Shown here: piece after piece, positions 37,401 through 50,000 of the stretch | Layout: every line of letters begins with the position of its first letter | Position numbering within the stretch: position 1 is the stretch's first letter | Assembly: GCF_009914755.1 (NCBI RefSeq) | Contig: NC_060935.1 | Origin: the human T2T-CHM13v2.0 reference genome, Homo sapiens | Direction: 5' to 3' (one strand) | Length of the DNA: 64,000 nt | Translations under genes and position numbers: made by a program | Notes under the pieces: model-generated | What the model was told of the DNA's origin: nothing | What the model saw: only the letters and a program-made list of their open reading frames with translations | Database searches by the model: none

Positions 37401-40400
37401 TTAAATTCAGCTCTGGACAAGTGGACCTGATAGATTGCTACAGAACTCTCCACACCAAAACAACAGAATATACATTTTTCTTGGTGCCACATGGCACTTA
37501 ATCTAAAAGTGATCACATGATTGGAAGTAAAATACTCCTCAGCAAAGGCAAGAGAGCTGAAATCATAAGAAACAGTCTCTCAGACCACAGTACAATCAAA
37601 TTAGAACTCAAGATTAAGAAACCCTCTCAAAACCAAACAACTATATAGAAATTGAATCTGCTCTTGAATGACTTCTGGATAAATAATGAAATTAAGGCAG
37701 AAATCAAGAAGTACTTTGAAACTAATGAGAACAAAGAGACAATGTACCAGAATCTCTGGGATGCAGCTAAAGCAGTGTTAAGAGGCAAATTTAGATCACT
37801 AAATGCCCACATCAAAAAGCTAGAAAGATTTCAGATCAACACCCTAACATCATAACTAAAAGAACTAGAGAACCAAGAGCAAATAAACTCCAGAGCTAGA
37901 AGAAGACAAGAAATAACCACCTCAGAGCAAACTGAAGGAGACAGAGACATGAAAAACCCTTCAAAAAATTAACAAATCCAGGAGCTGGTTTTTTGAAAAA
38001 AATCAATGAAATAGATAGACTTCTAGCTAGACTAATAAAGAAGAGAGAAGACTCAAACAAACAATCAGAAATGATAAGGGGGATACCACCAATGACCCAC
38101 AGAAATACAAACCATCATCAGAGAATACTATGAAAACCTCTATGCAAAATAAACTAAAAAAATAGAAGAAATGGATAAATTCCCAAACATGTACACCTTC
38201 CCAAGACTGAACCAGTAAGAAGTTGAACCCCTGAATAAACCAATCACAAGTTCTGAAATGGAAGCAGTAATGAATAGCCTACCAATCGAAAAAAAAGAAA
38301 AAAGCACAGGTCCAGATAGATTTATAGCTGAATTATATAAGAGGTACAAAGAGGAGGTGGTACCATTTCTTCTGAAACTATTCCAAACAATTGAAAAGAA
38401 GGGACTCCTCAATAACTCATTTTATAAGGCCAGCATCATCCTGATACTAAAACCTACCAGAGATGCAACAAAAAAAGAAAACTTCAGGCCAATATCCCTG
38501 ATGAACATTGACACAAAAATCCTCAATAAAATACTGGCAAACCGAATCCAGCAGCACATCAAAAAGCTTATCCACCACAATCAAGTCAGCTTGATCACCA
38601 GGATGCAAGGCTGGTTCAACATACACAAATCAATAAATGTAATTAATCACATAAATAAAACTAAAGACAAAAATCACATGATTATATCAATAGATGCAGT
38701 GAAGGCCTTCTATAAAATTCAACATCCCTTCATGTTAAAAACTTTCAATAAACTAGGTATTGAAAGAACATACCTCAAAATAATAAGAGCCATTTATGAC
38801 AAATCCACACCCAGTATCATACTGAATGGGCAAAAGCTAGAAGCATTCCCCTTGAAAACTGCATAAGACAAGGATGCCCTCTCTCACCACTCTTATTCAA
38901 CATAGTATTAGAAGTTCTGGCCAGGGCAACCAGGCAATAGAAAGAAATAAAGGTTATTAAAATAGGAAGAGAGGAAGTCAAATTGTCTCTGTTTGCAGAT
39001 GACATGATCCTATATCTAGAAAACTGAATTGACTCAGCCCAAAAGCTTCTTAAACTGATAAGCAACTTCAGCAAAGTCTCAGGATACAAAATCAATGTAC
39101 AAAAATCACAAGCATTCCTATACACCAACAACAGACAAGCAGAGAGCCAAATCATGAATGAACTCCCACTCACAATTGCCACAAAGAGAATAAAATACCT
39201 AGGAATACAGCTAACAAAGGAAGTAAAGGACCTCTTCAAGGAGAACTACAAACCACTTCTCAAGGAAACCAGAGAGGGCACAAGCAGATGGAAAAACATT
39301 CCATGTTCATGGATAGAAGGAATCAATATCATGTAAATGGCCATACTGCCCAAAGAAATTTACAGATACAATGCTATTCCCATTTAACTGTCATTGACAT
39401 TCTTCATGGAATTAGAAAATAAAACTATTTTAAAATTCATATGGAACCAAAAAACATCTCGTATAGCCAGGACAATCCTTAGCAAAAAGAACAAATCTGG
39501 AGGCATCATGCTACCTGACTTTAAACTATACTACAAGGCTACAGTAAACAAAACAACAGGATAATGGTACAAAAACAGGCACATAGACCAATGGAACAAA
39601 ATAGAGAACTCAGAAATAAACCCACACATCTACAACCATCTGATCTTTGATAAACCTGACAAAAACAAGCAATGGGGAAATGATTCCCTATTTAGCAAAT
39701 GTTGCTGAGAAAACTGGCTAGCCATATGCAGAAAATTGAAACTGGACTCCTTCTTTACACATTATACAAAAATTGACTCGAGATGGATTAAAGACTTAAA
39801 AGTAAAACCCAAAACTATAAAAACTCTAGAAGAAAATCTAGGCAATGCAATTCAAGACATAGGCATGGGGAAAGATTTTATGATGAAATTGCCAAAAGCA
39901 ATAGCAACAAAAGCAAAAAGTGACAAATGGGATCTAATTAAACTAAAGAACTTCTGCACAGCAAAAGAAACTACCATCAGAGTGAACAGAAAACCTACAG
40001 AATGAGAGAAAAATTGTGCAATCTATACATCTGACAAAGGTCTAATATCCGGAGTCTACAAGGAACTTAAGCAAATTTACAAGAAAACAAACAACCCCAT
40101 TAAAAAGTTGACAAAGGACATGAACAGACACTTCTCAAAAGAAGACATATATGTGGCCAACAAATATATGAAAAAAGCTTATCATTGATTATCAAATGCA
40201 AATCAAAACCACCCTTCTCACATCAGTCAGAATGGCGATTATTAAAAAGTCAAGAAACAACAGATGCCAGTTAAATTGTGGAGAAGTGGGAATGCTTTTA
40301 CACACATTTGGTGGGAATTTAATGTAATGTTCAACCTTTGTGGAAGACAATGTGGTGATTCCTCAAAGATTTAGAACCAGAAATATCATTTGACCCAGCA

Positions 40401-40930
40401 ATCCTATTAGTGGGTATATGTCCAAAGAAATATAAATAGTTCTACTATAAAGACACATGCATGTGTATGTTTATGCAGCACTATTCACAATAGCAAAAAC
40501 ATGGAGTCAACCCAAATGCCCATCAATGATAGACTGAATAAAGAAAATGTGGTACATATACACCATGGAATACTATGCAGCCATAAACAAAAGGAGATCG
40601 TGTCCATTGCAGGTACATGGATAAAGCTAGAAGCCATTATCCTCAGTAAACTAATGCAGGAACAAAAACTCAAACACTGCATATTCTCACTTATAAGTGG
40701 AAGCTGAACAATAAGAACACACGAACATGGGGAGGGGAACAACACACACTGGGGCCTGTCAGGGGAGGACACAGATGATGATAGCATTAGGGAAAATAGC
40801 TAATACATACTGGGCTTAATACATAGGTGATGGGTTGATAGGTGGCAGCAAACCACCGTGGCACATATTTACCTATGTAACAAACCTGCACATGTACACC
40901 AGAACTTAAAACAATAACATAATACAAAAT
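34455..40930 (+). mobile_element. Full-length, inactivated primate LINE-1 (older L1PA, ~6.5 kb) inserted in the ERV internal region
   Basis: 5' UTR with ccaagatggc; broken ORF1 from ~35830; ORF2 endonuclease fragment ILNVNGLNAPIKR (36898) and RT fragment [14 protein letters not shown] (38258-38866); LFADDM motif near 38988; many stops and frameshifts; TSD aaaaca(c/g)ctgag at 34443-34454 and 40931-40942. Confidence 0.95.
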
Positions 40931-43900
40931 AAAACAGCTGAGTCTTCTCTGTTATTGGTGAAAATGTCTGTGTAATTCACTTTAAGGTTCTTATTTCAGT
41001 GAACACTTGATATCCATAGATTATAAAATGGTTAACAAGGAAATGTCTGAGTTTAAATGATGGTGTCTAACACCTCAGTTTTCAGAAGTAACCTAAATAA
41101 ACTGTTAAAAATGAAATAATTGAGTACCTATAAATAGGATAAATGTTTTAGGTAAACTTTTTGTGTAATTTAAAATCTGAAAATTATTTTTGATGCTCAT
41201 TGAATATCTGGATCACTTCCAATTATGAAAGGGTTGTGATATGGGGAAATATGTTTCTAAAAATTGTGGAATTGTTTTTATCTATAAAATGCTCATATCT
41301 GACAGTTCAAGATTTCTTGCTTTTAAGGGTTTCACTAAAAGTTAAGGCTACTAAGGACAAGAATTATAGTTAATATATAATTCTATACATAAAATGTGCC
41401 AAAAGATGTGCTATTAATGGGAAAAATAATAAAAATTAAAAGTTAGTTCAATTTACATATTTGAAAAAGTTACTTATGACACAAGGTAGTAAGAAATCTG
41501 TAAGTAGGTCAAAGAGATAGGAAGACAGTTATGCTTACAAAGATGTATTTTTGGTAAGGAAGGTTATAAAGAAAATGTAATAATTTTTATGAGAAAGGAT
41601 CTTGTATGGTAAATTTTTTTGGCCTAGAGTAAAATGACTGGTTATCTAAAGAAGAAGAAGAAAATCTGGGACTGAACAGAAAGCCCAGGCATGTCATGGA
41701 TGGTCTGTGTAAGTCATATATAATTTTTTTGTTTCTCTGTGTGTCTATCTTCATGCAGATAGAGTGAAACTAGAAAGCTGAAAAAGTTTAGATAATAAAA
41801 TATTATTTAAAACATGATAAGGATTTGTAGAAATTTGGCTAATTAACATTCTCATATTTAAAACTCTTAGTCTTGATTAAAGTAAAATAAGAAATATTGT
41901 AAAGAAATGCATTGGCAGTTTGGTGATTCTTTTTCAGTGCAGATAAGCATGAAGCCAGATTTAGTGTAGAGCCAAATTTCACATATCTGCTTGCATTGCT
42001 TCATATGATGTTTACTGTTTTGCATGGATATTGCTGGCACTGGAGTATTTACTGATCATGTACCTAGAGTGAATATCTTGATTTCACAGGATTTATTGTG
42101 ATATTGGTAGACTTAAAGATATTAAATTGTGTATCAGGAATAAAATATTCATTCTATAGGCTTTTTAGGCTCTAGGCAACATGTTAACCTCCAACATAAA
42201 CTGAGTAGGAAAAATTTAGGGTTGGTTTTCTGTTTATTTGTTTTTGCTTCTAAATTTTCATTTGTTTGCTGTTTTTTTCTCCTTTGGGTTGGCTTGTGTA
42301 TTCATATATATAAAACCATTGTGGCTTTTTTTTAGTTTCTGGGGGAAGGTTTTTATTTTGTTCTGTGAACAGTTATTTTGTTTCCTGTGCATTTCTCGCA
42401 AGTCATCAATTGTTCTCTTTATCTGGAATTCCTAGGCTATATTTGTTGGGCCTGTAGGAATTGACAGAGCACAACAGCCATTTAGAATTTACTTGGTTTT
42501 ACTGGCCTCTGATGATCTAGAGAGCTATGAGAGCTTTAATGCTCCTGGCAAAAGAAAATTACATAAAAGATTTTTAAATAAGTTCTGAACAGAAATTGTA
42601 CATTATTTATTATTTGAAAAAGTAGGTGAGAATAAAAATGTTTAAATGATGTTTATTTCCAAGGTAATTCAATTCAATTAATAATTTGAGTAGGTTTCAC
42701 ATCTTTCCCTTTAGGTAATGAAGAAATACTATGATATGGCTACAAAGTTTTAATATTCAAAAAAGATTGGCCTTGTCATTAGAGAAATTATATTGATTGG
42801 GATTTCTCTCAAACTAATCTAGTTGTATTCACCATTATTAAAATTAAGTGACACTCAATTGGACTAAGTAGCAATAAAAATATGAGACTTCCTAGTGATT
42901 TTTTTTTATCCCAAGCCATTTACTACTGATGGGCCTTGATGTGTGTGCTTGAAAACAAAACATATGCAAGTGTTAGACTGGTTTGAAGATTTGGGTGGTG
43001 AAAGTTAGCTAATTAGATGTCAGTGCTCTATCTAGAAGCCAATCTTGGAAATATGTGATAATGCCCTTTTAAAATAGCTGAAAAGAAATTATTTTGTGTT
43101 TGTTTTCACTTCATTCTTGTTTGGTTGTATAGCATTTAAGTGAAAGGAGATTTTTTATCCTTATACTAGTATTTGCATTTACCATCTTTTAATGATGGAG
43201 AGAAAAGTTAGTTGTCTTACTTTGATATGTTTGGCATAGGACCTATGACACTTTTGATGTTTTTGGTCACAGTTCTGTCACTAGAATGCTAGCAATTAGA
43301 TATATGCAATGAGTAACCTACTTTAATACAATGGTTTGAAGTACCACAGGCAGTAACTCCTAAACACCAAATCACAGTGTTTTAATTTGTAACATGTTAA
43401 AGAGAATAATCAGACTTTCTGTAGTACAAATATCTTATTAACTACTGCTTGTGCTGGTAAGTTACAGGGCTTTGACTCCTGGGTTGGAAAAAGGCAATAA
43501 CCCCTGCTAAATTATGAACATTAACACCAGTTGAAGCATCATCATCAGACTCAGGAGAAGAGCGCCATCAAAATGAACTGCTTTTGTGAAACACAAGACT
43601 AGAAATTAAACTATTCAATCCCTCTAGGCCCCAGGACTATCATGGAAGAGGTGGGCCTGTGAGATTGTAAGGGCCCATCTGATGGACTAGATTAGTTCAA
43701 AGATTTTCTATAATTAAACATTAATATAAAAAGGACACTAATGAAAGACCAGAATCTGGGCCCATGTGTTACAATAACAGGGCTTTCTTGGAGCATTGAT
43801 CTGATGTTTAATAGAAAATTGAAAAAGGTGATAAAAAATTATGGAAATCTTGCCTTATGGTCAAACTGATTAAAATTAGATTTGTTTATAAGGTTTTATT

Positions 43901-45398
43901 AAAATTAGTTTTAACATTAGTAATGCACCACACAAAGGTAAAATCTTGGTTTTCACTTTTGAACAAAGTGTTTGTTCAAATATTAAGAGATAAAAGATTT
44001 TGTTTACCTCTTGAGTGAACTGCAGGGAGAAAATGGAGGGGAAAGAGACAGATTTAGTTGGCCTCATGCTGTCTTAAGTATTAGGTCTTACTGTTTGGGA
44101 AACTGTGTTTCCTTTCTATGGAAGAGTAAATGTTTTTGTATTATAATTTTGGCTATCTGAATGGCAATTTTATAGTAACTTGTGATCTTGTTTTGTGATA
44201 TTGAGTGTCAGTGAGACCTTTGAAATCTGACAGACTTTCCAACAGCAAATTTTCGAGTTTTAAATTCAGTCTTTTGACCTCAAATTTTTTGGATCTTAAG
44301 TTTCCTGAAGTTCAAGAGAGACATGTTGGGCTTATTAGACTTATTTGTAATGTTAGAATTATACAGGAAGCATTATCAAATCTGAGATGTATTTCATTTC
44401 CTTTGAGTTATATTTATATAGATGTATTATTAATATGTGTTCCAGGATTATATGAGATTCCTAAAATTCTGATATGTCTTAATATAGGTTGTCAGTAACA
44501 ATAAAAAATAATCATATATTGTTGTATACCACATTTCCTTGTCAACTATGTCTTTTATCTGTGGCTGTCTTAAGACTTTTGTCATCCATCATTGATGTTT
44601 TGCTTTGATCCTTCTCAATAAATGTGACTTATAATAAGCAGTCCAATGCTTGCTTCTCTGGAGGAAATCATGAAAGGACTCTTGAATACAAGTTTCTGAT
44701 AACTTTGGAGATTGTGTCGTTGAATTAGAGAGAAAACTTCCAGGGTACCAATTGAAAGGCTGTGTGTTCATAAAGATTGCTAACCTAACATGAAGTAGAG
44801 TAGGAGTTGATTGCATGGACTGAACTAATGAAAGACAGAAATTATTTTTATGGCTTTTGTTGTTCCAAATATTGCAATTCTTTTTGTTTTGTGTCTAAAG
44901 TCTGGAGAATCTTTTTCTTTTGAGTTATTTATAGCCTTGAAATATACTTTAAGTGTATTGAGTATGCTTTTTTAAACAGAATTTGAGTCATTTCCCTCTC
45001 TCTGACTAATTTCTCCAGAATTTGTAAACTATTTGTGAATATCATTAATTCATGGCAATGGGTTTGTTTGCATAGAGTAAATAACCACATGTTTTCTTTT
45101 GTAATGTAACACAGTTGAAGGAACTGGTTATTTTCTCAGGGCTTTGACTGACATGGTCTTGTGAGATGTTCCAAGAAAGCCAGTTTAGAAGAGACTATAT
45201 GCACAACGATTCTTGTTGCACTTTGTCTGGGTAATCAGGACAAGTATATGGGACTGAAGCTTATTTTGCAGGTAGATTGGTTCTGCTGTGATTTGTCTTT
45301 GGTGGAACTGGTGGACTGGAGACAGAACTATTATATGTCTCAAAATTAATATAGCTCCCAACAACCAACTCCTTATTATACCTTTAACTGCAACCACC

Positions 45399-45635
45399 AG
45401 ATACAAATGAGCCATCCAACTCATACCCCTTTTTGTAGGGCTACTAATAACAGCAGGAGTAGGATTGGAAGTTAGCGGGATTGCAACTTCCCTATCCTAC
45501 TACCAATGGTTGTCCAAGGGTTTTATGGAAAGCTTGAATGACATTGCCCAGAGTATTGTAACATTATGAAAACAAATAAACCCCTTGGCAGTGATTGCTT
45601 TGCAAAATAGAAGGAGACTAGATCTTCTAACTGCC
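45399..45635 (+). pseudogene. Retroviral env TM-subunit remnant: RYK*|AIQLIPLFVGLLITAGVG...[23 protein letters not shown]
   Basis: Manual translation shows a furin site with CGA>TGA, a hydrophobic fusion peptide and a gamma-type immunosuppressive domain LQNRRxLDLLTA; two in-frame stops. Confidence 0.85.
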
Positions 45636-45845
45636 TCCTGGGTTCATGCCATTCTCCTGCCTCAGCCTCCCGAGTAGCTGGGACTACAGGCACCTGCCAC
45701 CACGCCTGGCCAATTTATTGTATTTTTAGTAGAGACGGGGTTTCACCATGTTAGCCAGGATGGTCTTGATCTCCTGACCTCGTGATCTGCCCGCCTCGGC
45801 CTCCCAAAGTGCTGGGATTACAGACATAAGCCATCGCGCCCGGCC
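45633..45845 (-). mobile_element. AluY-like element missing its 3' end and poly(A), inside env
   Basis: Alu 5' end at 45845; sequence stops mid right arm at the env junction. Confidence 0.85.
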
Positions 45846-46577
45846 GTTTGTTAAATATTTTAAGCAAATTCTTTTCCTCTCGCCTAGAGACCATTAAGCT
45901 TTAGATGATCATGTGAGAAGGTTTCCACACAGTTCCAGGTGAAGACACCACCAGCCATCAAGAAGCTACCCTGTCCCCACCAGACAGAGCAGGATGAGAG
46001 TACTGTGATCCCCAATATGTAGGGACTGCTCCCGAAGTCAGCATGAAGCAGTTACAGAAGAAAGACCCTTGGTTCCTCTGCCTCCCATAAAGGTTTATGG
46101 GGATCATGTCTCTCAGGGGGGAAATGAGGCAGGAGAATAGGGTCTGGAGTCAGGGAATCTAAGGACTTCCTAGAACTAAATCAAATAGAAACCCCAACTT
46201 TCTATATCCAAGTCAATAACTTTGTAACTTGACTTCAGCTATGTCAGGAAACATCCTCTTCTTTTGCATAGGGTATACACCAAATCAATAACTTTGTAAT
46301 TTCACTTCATCCTCTTCACTTACATAGGGTATAAACCAAGTAACCAATGGGAAACCTCTAGAGGGTATTTAAATCCCAGAAAATTCTGTAACCATCGCTC
46401 TTGAGCCACTTACTTTAACCAGCTCCCACTCTGTGGAGTGTACTTTCATTTCAACAATCTGTAATTTTCTTTTATTGCTTTGTTTATGCATTTTGTCTAA
46501 TTCTTTGTTCAAAATGCTAAGAACCTGGACACCCTCCACTGGTTACAATAGGACTATGTTATTGATATAACTGCAAT

Positions 46578-47006
<429 letters not shown>

Positions 47007-50000
47007 TTACATTTTAGCAGGGTTGAGCCGCATAGCAAGATAAAGAGGAATGAAGTTCTAATGCGGTAATTCCCAGATGAACACTATATTTGAAGTGTGG
47101 TGGGCATTTATGGTTCAGATGATTTTCTAGGGTATGATGAAGAAAATATAGAAAGACTGACATGAGGAAAAGAAATGTGCTGTCTACCTTGATCATTTCT
47201 GTCCCCTCCTCTGTTACAGTGCCTAGCACATTACGTGTGTCCAATGAATAGTTTGTTCACTGCTTAAATAAAGGGTTATCAAATCATTACTATGTAGATA
47301 CTGTAAACTTGTCCTAATCCTAAAACCACTGGGCCTTCCTTATTTTAAATATTGCATAGACGTCCAGAAAATTCTGGGATAGATCTAAAACACTAAAATA
47401 ATGTAATATCAGAGCTAGAAACCAGCAAGCCTAGCCTTTCCCATCATAGGTAATAAAACTAAAGCAAAAAGACATGAAGTAAAGATCTGTACCATTTATT
47501 GGTACCAGATATAAAAAGTAGCATCTATATTTTATATCTTCAAGAGAAGCTCTTTCTGCTTTACCTTATTCTAAAACCTAGAGTCTCAAAGGTAGCTAAA
47601 GAAGACCCCAAGTAAACTAGATGGTTTTTCAAAAATTGCAGATACACACTTGCATATACCCATGACTCTAGAATAAAAAAAAAAAACTAGCCTGAAAGTT
47701 AAATGAAAAAAAAAATGCTTGTTCAAGTTCTATTTCTCCTGCTTCTTTGTAATGTGACTGTTGGAAAAATTATTTCCTTCTCTGAATCTTAATCTCCTCA
47801 TCTCTTGTATGGACAATAAAAGTATTAGGTTAGATCAGTATTTTCTAGTCCACATTCCTTTATTCCTTACTTCCGTTTGTAAATAGAAGAAATGCAAAAA
47901 CAAATTTTTTTCTGCAGAATTTCAGAATATTAAATAGATAAAGTCCAGCTTTCTGGTCAAAGTCAGAGGAGTAGGAGAGAAGGTCCCAGCATCTTGCCTG
48001 CTCCAACTTCCCCACCTTCATGAGTGTTTCTCACTCTCCCATTCTGTGACTCTATGATTCAGCAGTAATGATTCCAAGGAAAGAAAAGGGGCAGACTCAT
48101 TTACAGCTCCTTACGCTCTACATTTCAGTTAGATGGCTAAGATCAGATGCTTGGAAAAAGAATGAAACCCATCTCTGCCAGCACCCATAGTACATGTTTT
48201 GGACAAAGAGATAAAAAGTATTTGGATGCAGCTATGTTAAATTGGCTACCAACTCCAAGAGAAGGACTTGGTGGGGGTTGAAAGAGACGCCAGTTCTCTC
48301 CCAGTTACCACTGGTTCTGTTTAGGTTGTGGGGTACAGCATGTCCCAGAGAGCACCTCTGGGCATCTTGGGTAGCTACCTGTGCTCAGGGATAAAGAAAA
48401 TGCCAGCTTTGTTTGGGTACAGTTGATTTCCATTGGCTCAGCTTCCATGTTATTCCTAGTTCCTGGTGTGGTTCCAATAATATATCCCTGGAGTCAATGC
48501 AATCTGAGACTGGTTTTTGGCTCCAAAATATGTGACAATTTCAGACAATAGCAGTTACCTTTGTAAAGCACTAGATATTTTACAGAACCCTTCTGACAAA
48601 GATAGACAGAGAGAGAGAGAGAGAGAGAATTTTAGGAAAACAATAGTATAGTTCAAAAGTAGAATGGATAGCCCAGAAAGCTTTAAATTTCTCATCACTG
48701 GACGTGTGTAAGCAGAAGATGGTACACTTGACAGTGACAGGATTTAAGATTTAAAAGACAATCTGAATTAGTTAACCTTATGGGTTCCTTAAAATCCTGA
48801 GATTCTGATTCTGTGAAACAAAAAGAAAGAAGAAAGGAGATTGTCATGTACTAACATTTTTTATTGTGTGCATAGGGCCTCTTGTAACACTTTATTTCAT
48901 AATATCCTCATTCCTCCATACACCACTGCCCCTATAAGGACCTGAGAAATGGATGGCAATTTTTTTAAAAAATCACCTGATAACACTTATCTTTCAAAAG
49001 ATCAGTGGGCAGGGAGTTTAAAAGAAAAATAACCTCTTGCTGTTTGACTAAGGCCAGATTTCCCTCATGTACGTGTTTTGTTTTTGATTTATCAAATATC
49101 CATCTTGAAAATACTTGAAGTCTATTTGTGTGTCTTGGGGAGGACATACAAGAAACAGAAGGAAGTGGGCATTGTGTAAACCCACAGCACACCACAGCTT
49201 CTTTCAAGGATTTGTGAAAGATGGTGGCCACACCCTGTTGATGTTGGCAGCTCTTCAACTTGCATCCAGATGAGAAAAATGTTACAATTTCCCTTCTCCA
49301 CCCAAAACCCCATCAGCTTCTCCTCTGCCAGGGCCAGAGTCTCCTACTGTGAAGCTAAACAAATTATACTCCCTCCTCGAGTTCCCAGCTCTGGGCATCA
49401 TGCCTACATTCTTGGGGTCTCTCTCTGAGGCTAGATATTGGAGAAATGATTACTATGGCCAATTCAGTAGTTTGTAATTAAATCTTTTTTTAGGGAAAAA
49501 AAAACCCTAAACCTAAAGAATCCTCTTTTTTTTTTTTATATATCTTATTGCATACTGAAGGGTGTGAGGATAGTAAACTAGAAGACTATGGTGCTTTACA
49601 ATTCCTGCCTCCCTTGCTCCCACCTTCAGAATGGATTGTTCTTTAATACTACTTGAAACATTATCGGTAGAATCAATAGAACCCTCTTTTCATGTCATCT
49701 CCAACTCCAAGAATTTTTTTGTGGGGGGACTCAGGCAATTTTAAACTGATTGTTCATAATTCGCCTTCAGACTCTCTCAAATTCAATTCTTCCTCCTTAA
49801 CCTGCAAATGGACCTCCTTAAAGCACAGATCCAATCATGTCATTTTTTGCTCAAGAGCGTTCATTAGTTTTTTTGTTCACTGATGGCCTGATGACATCCA
49901 AATTCCTTATCCTGATCCTCAAATCTGTCACTGCTCAGTGATGCTTAATGAACATGGCATGGAACTCAAAGAGAGAAAATATAAACAGAAGGCCATTGAT

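Noticed and set aside
36898-40005. L1 ORF2 fragments as a possibly active retrotransposon
   Set aside because: Numerous stops and frameshifts in ORF1 and ORF2
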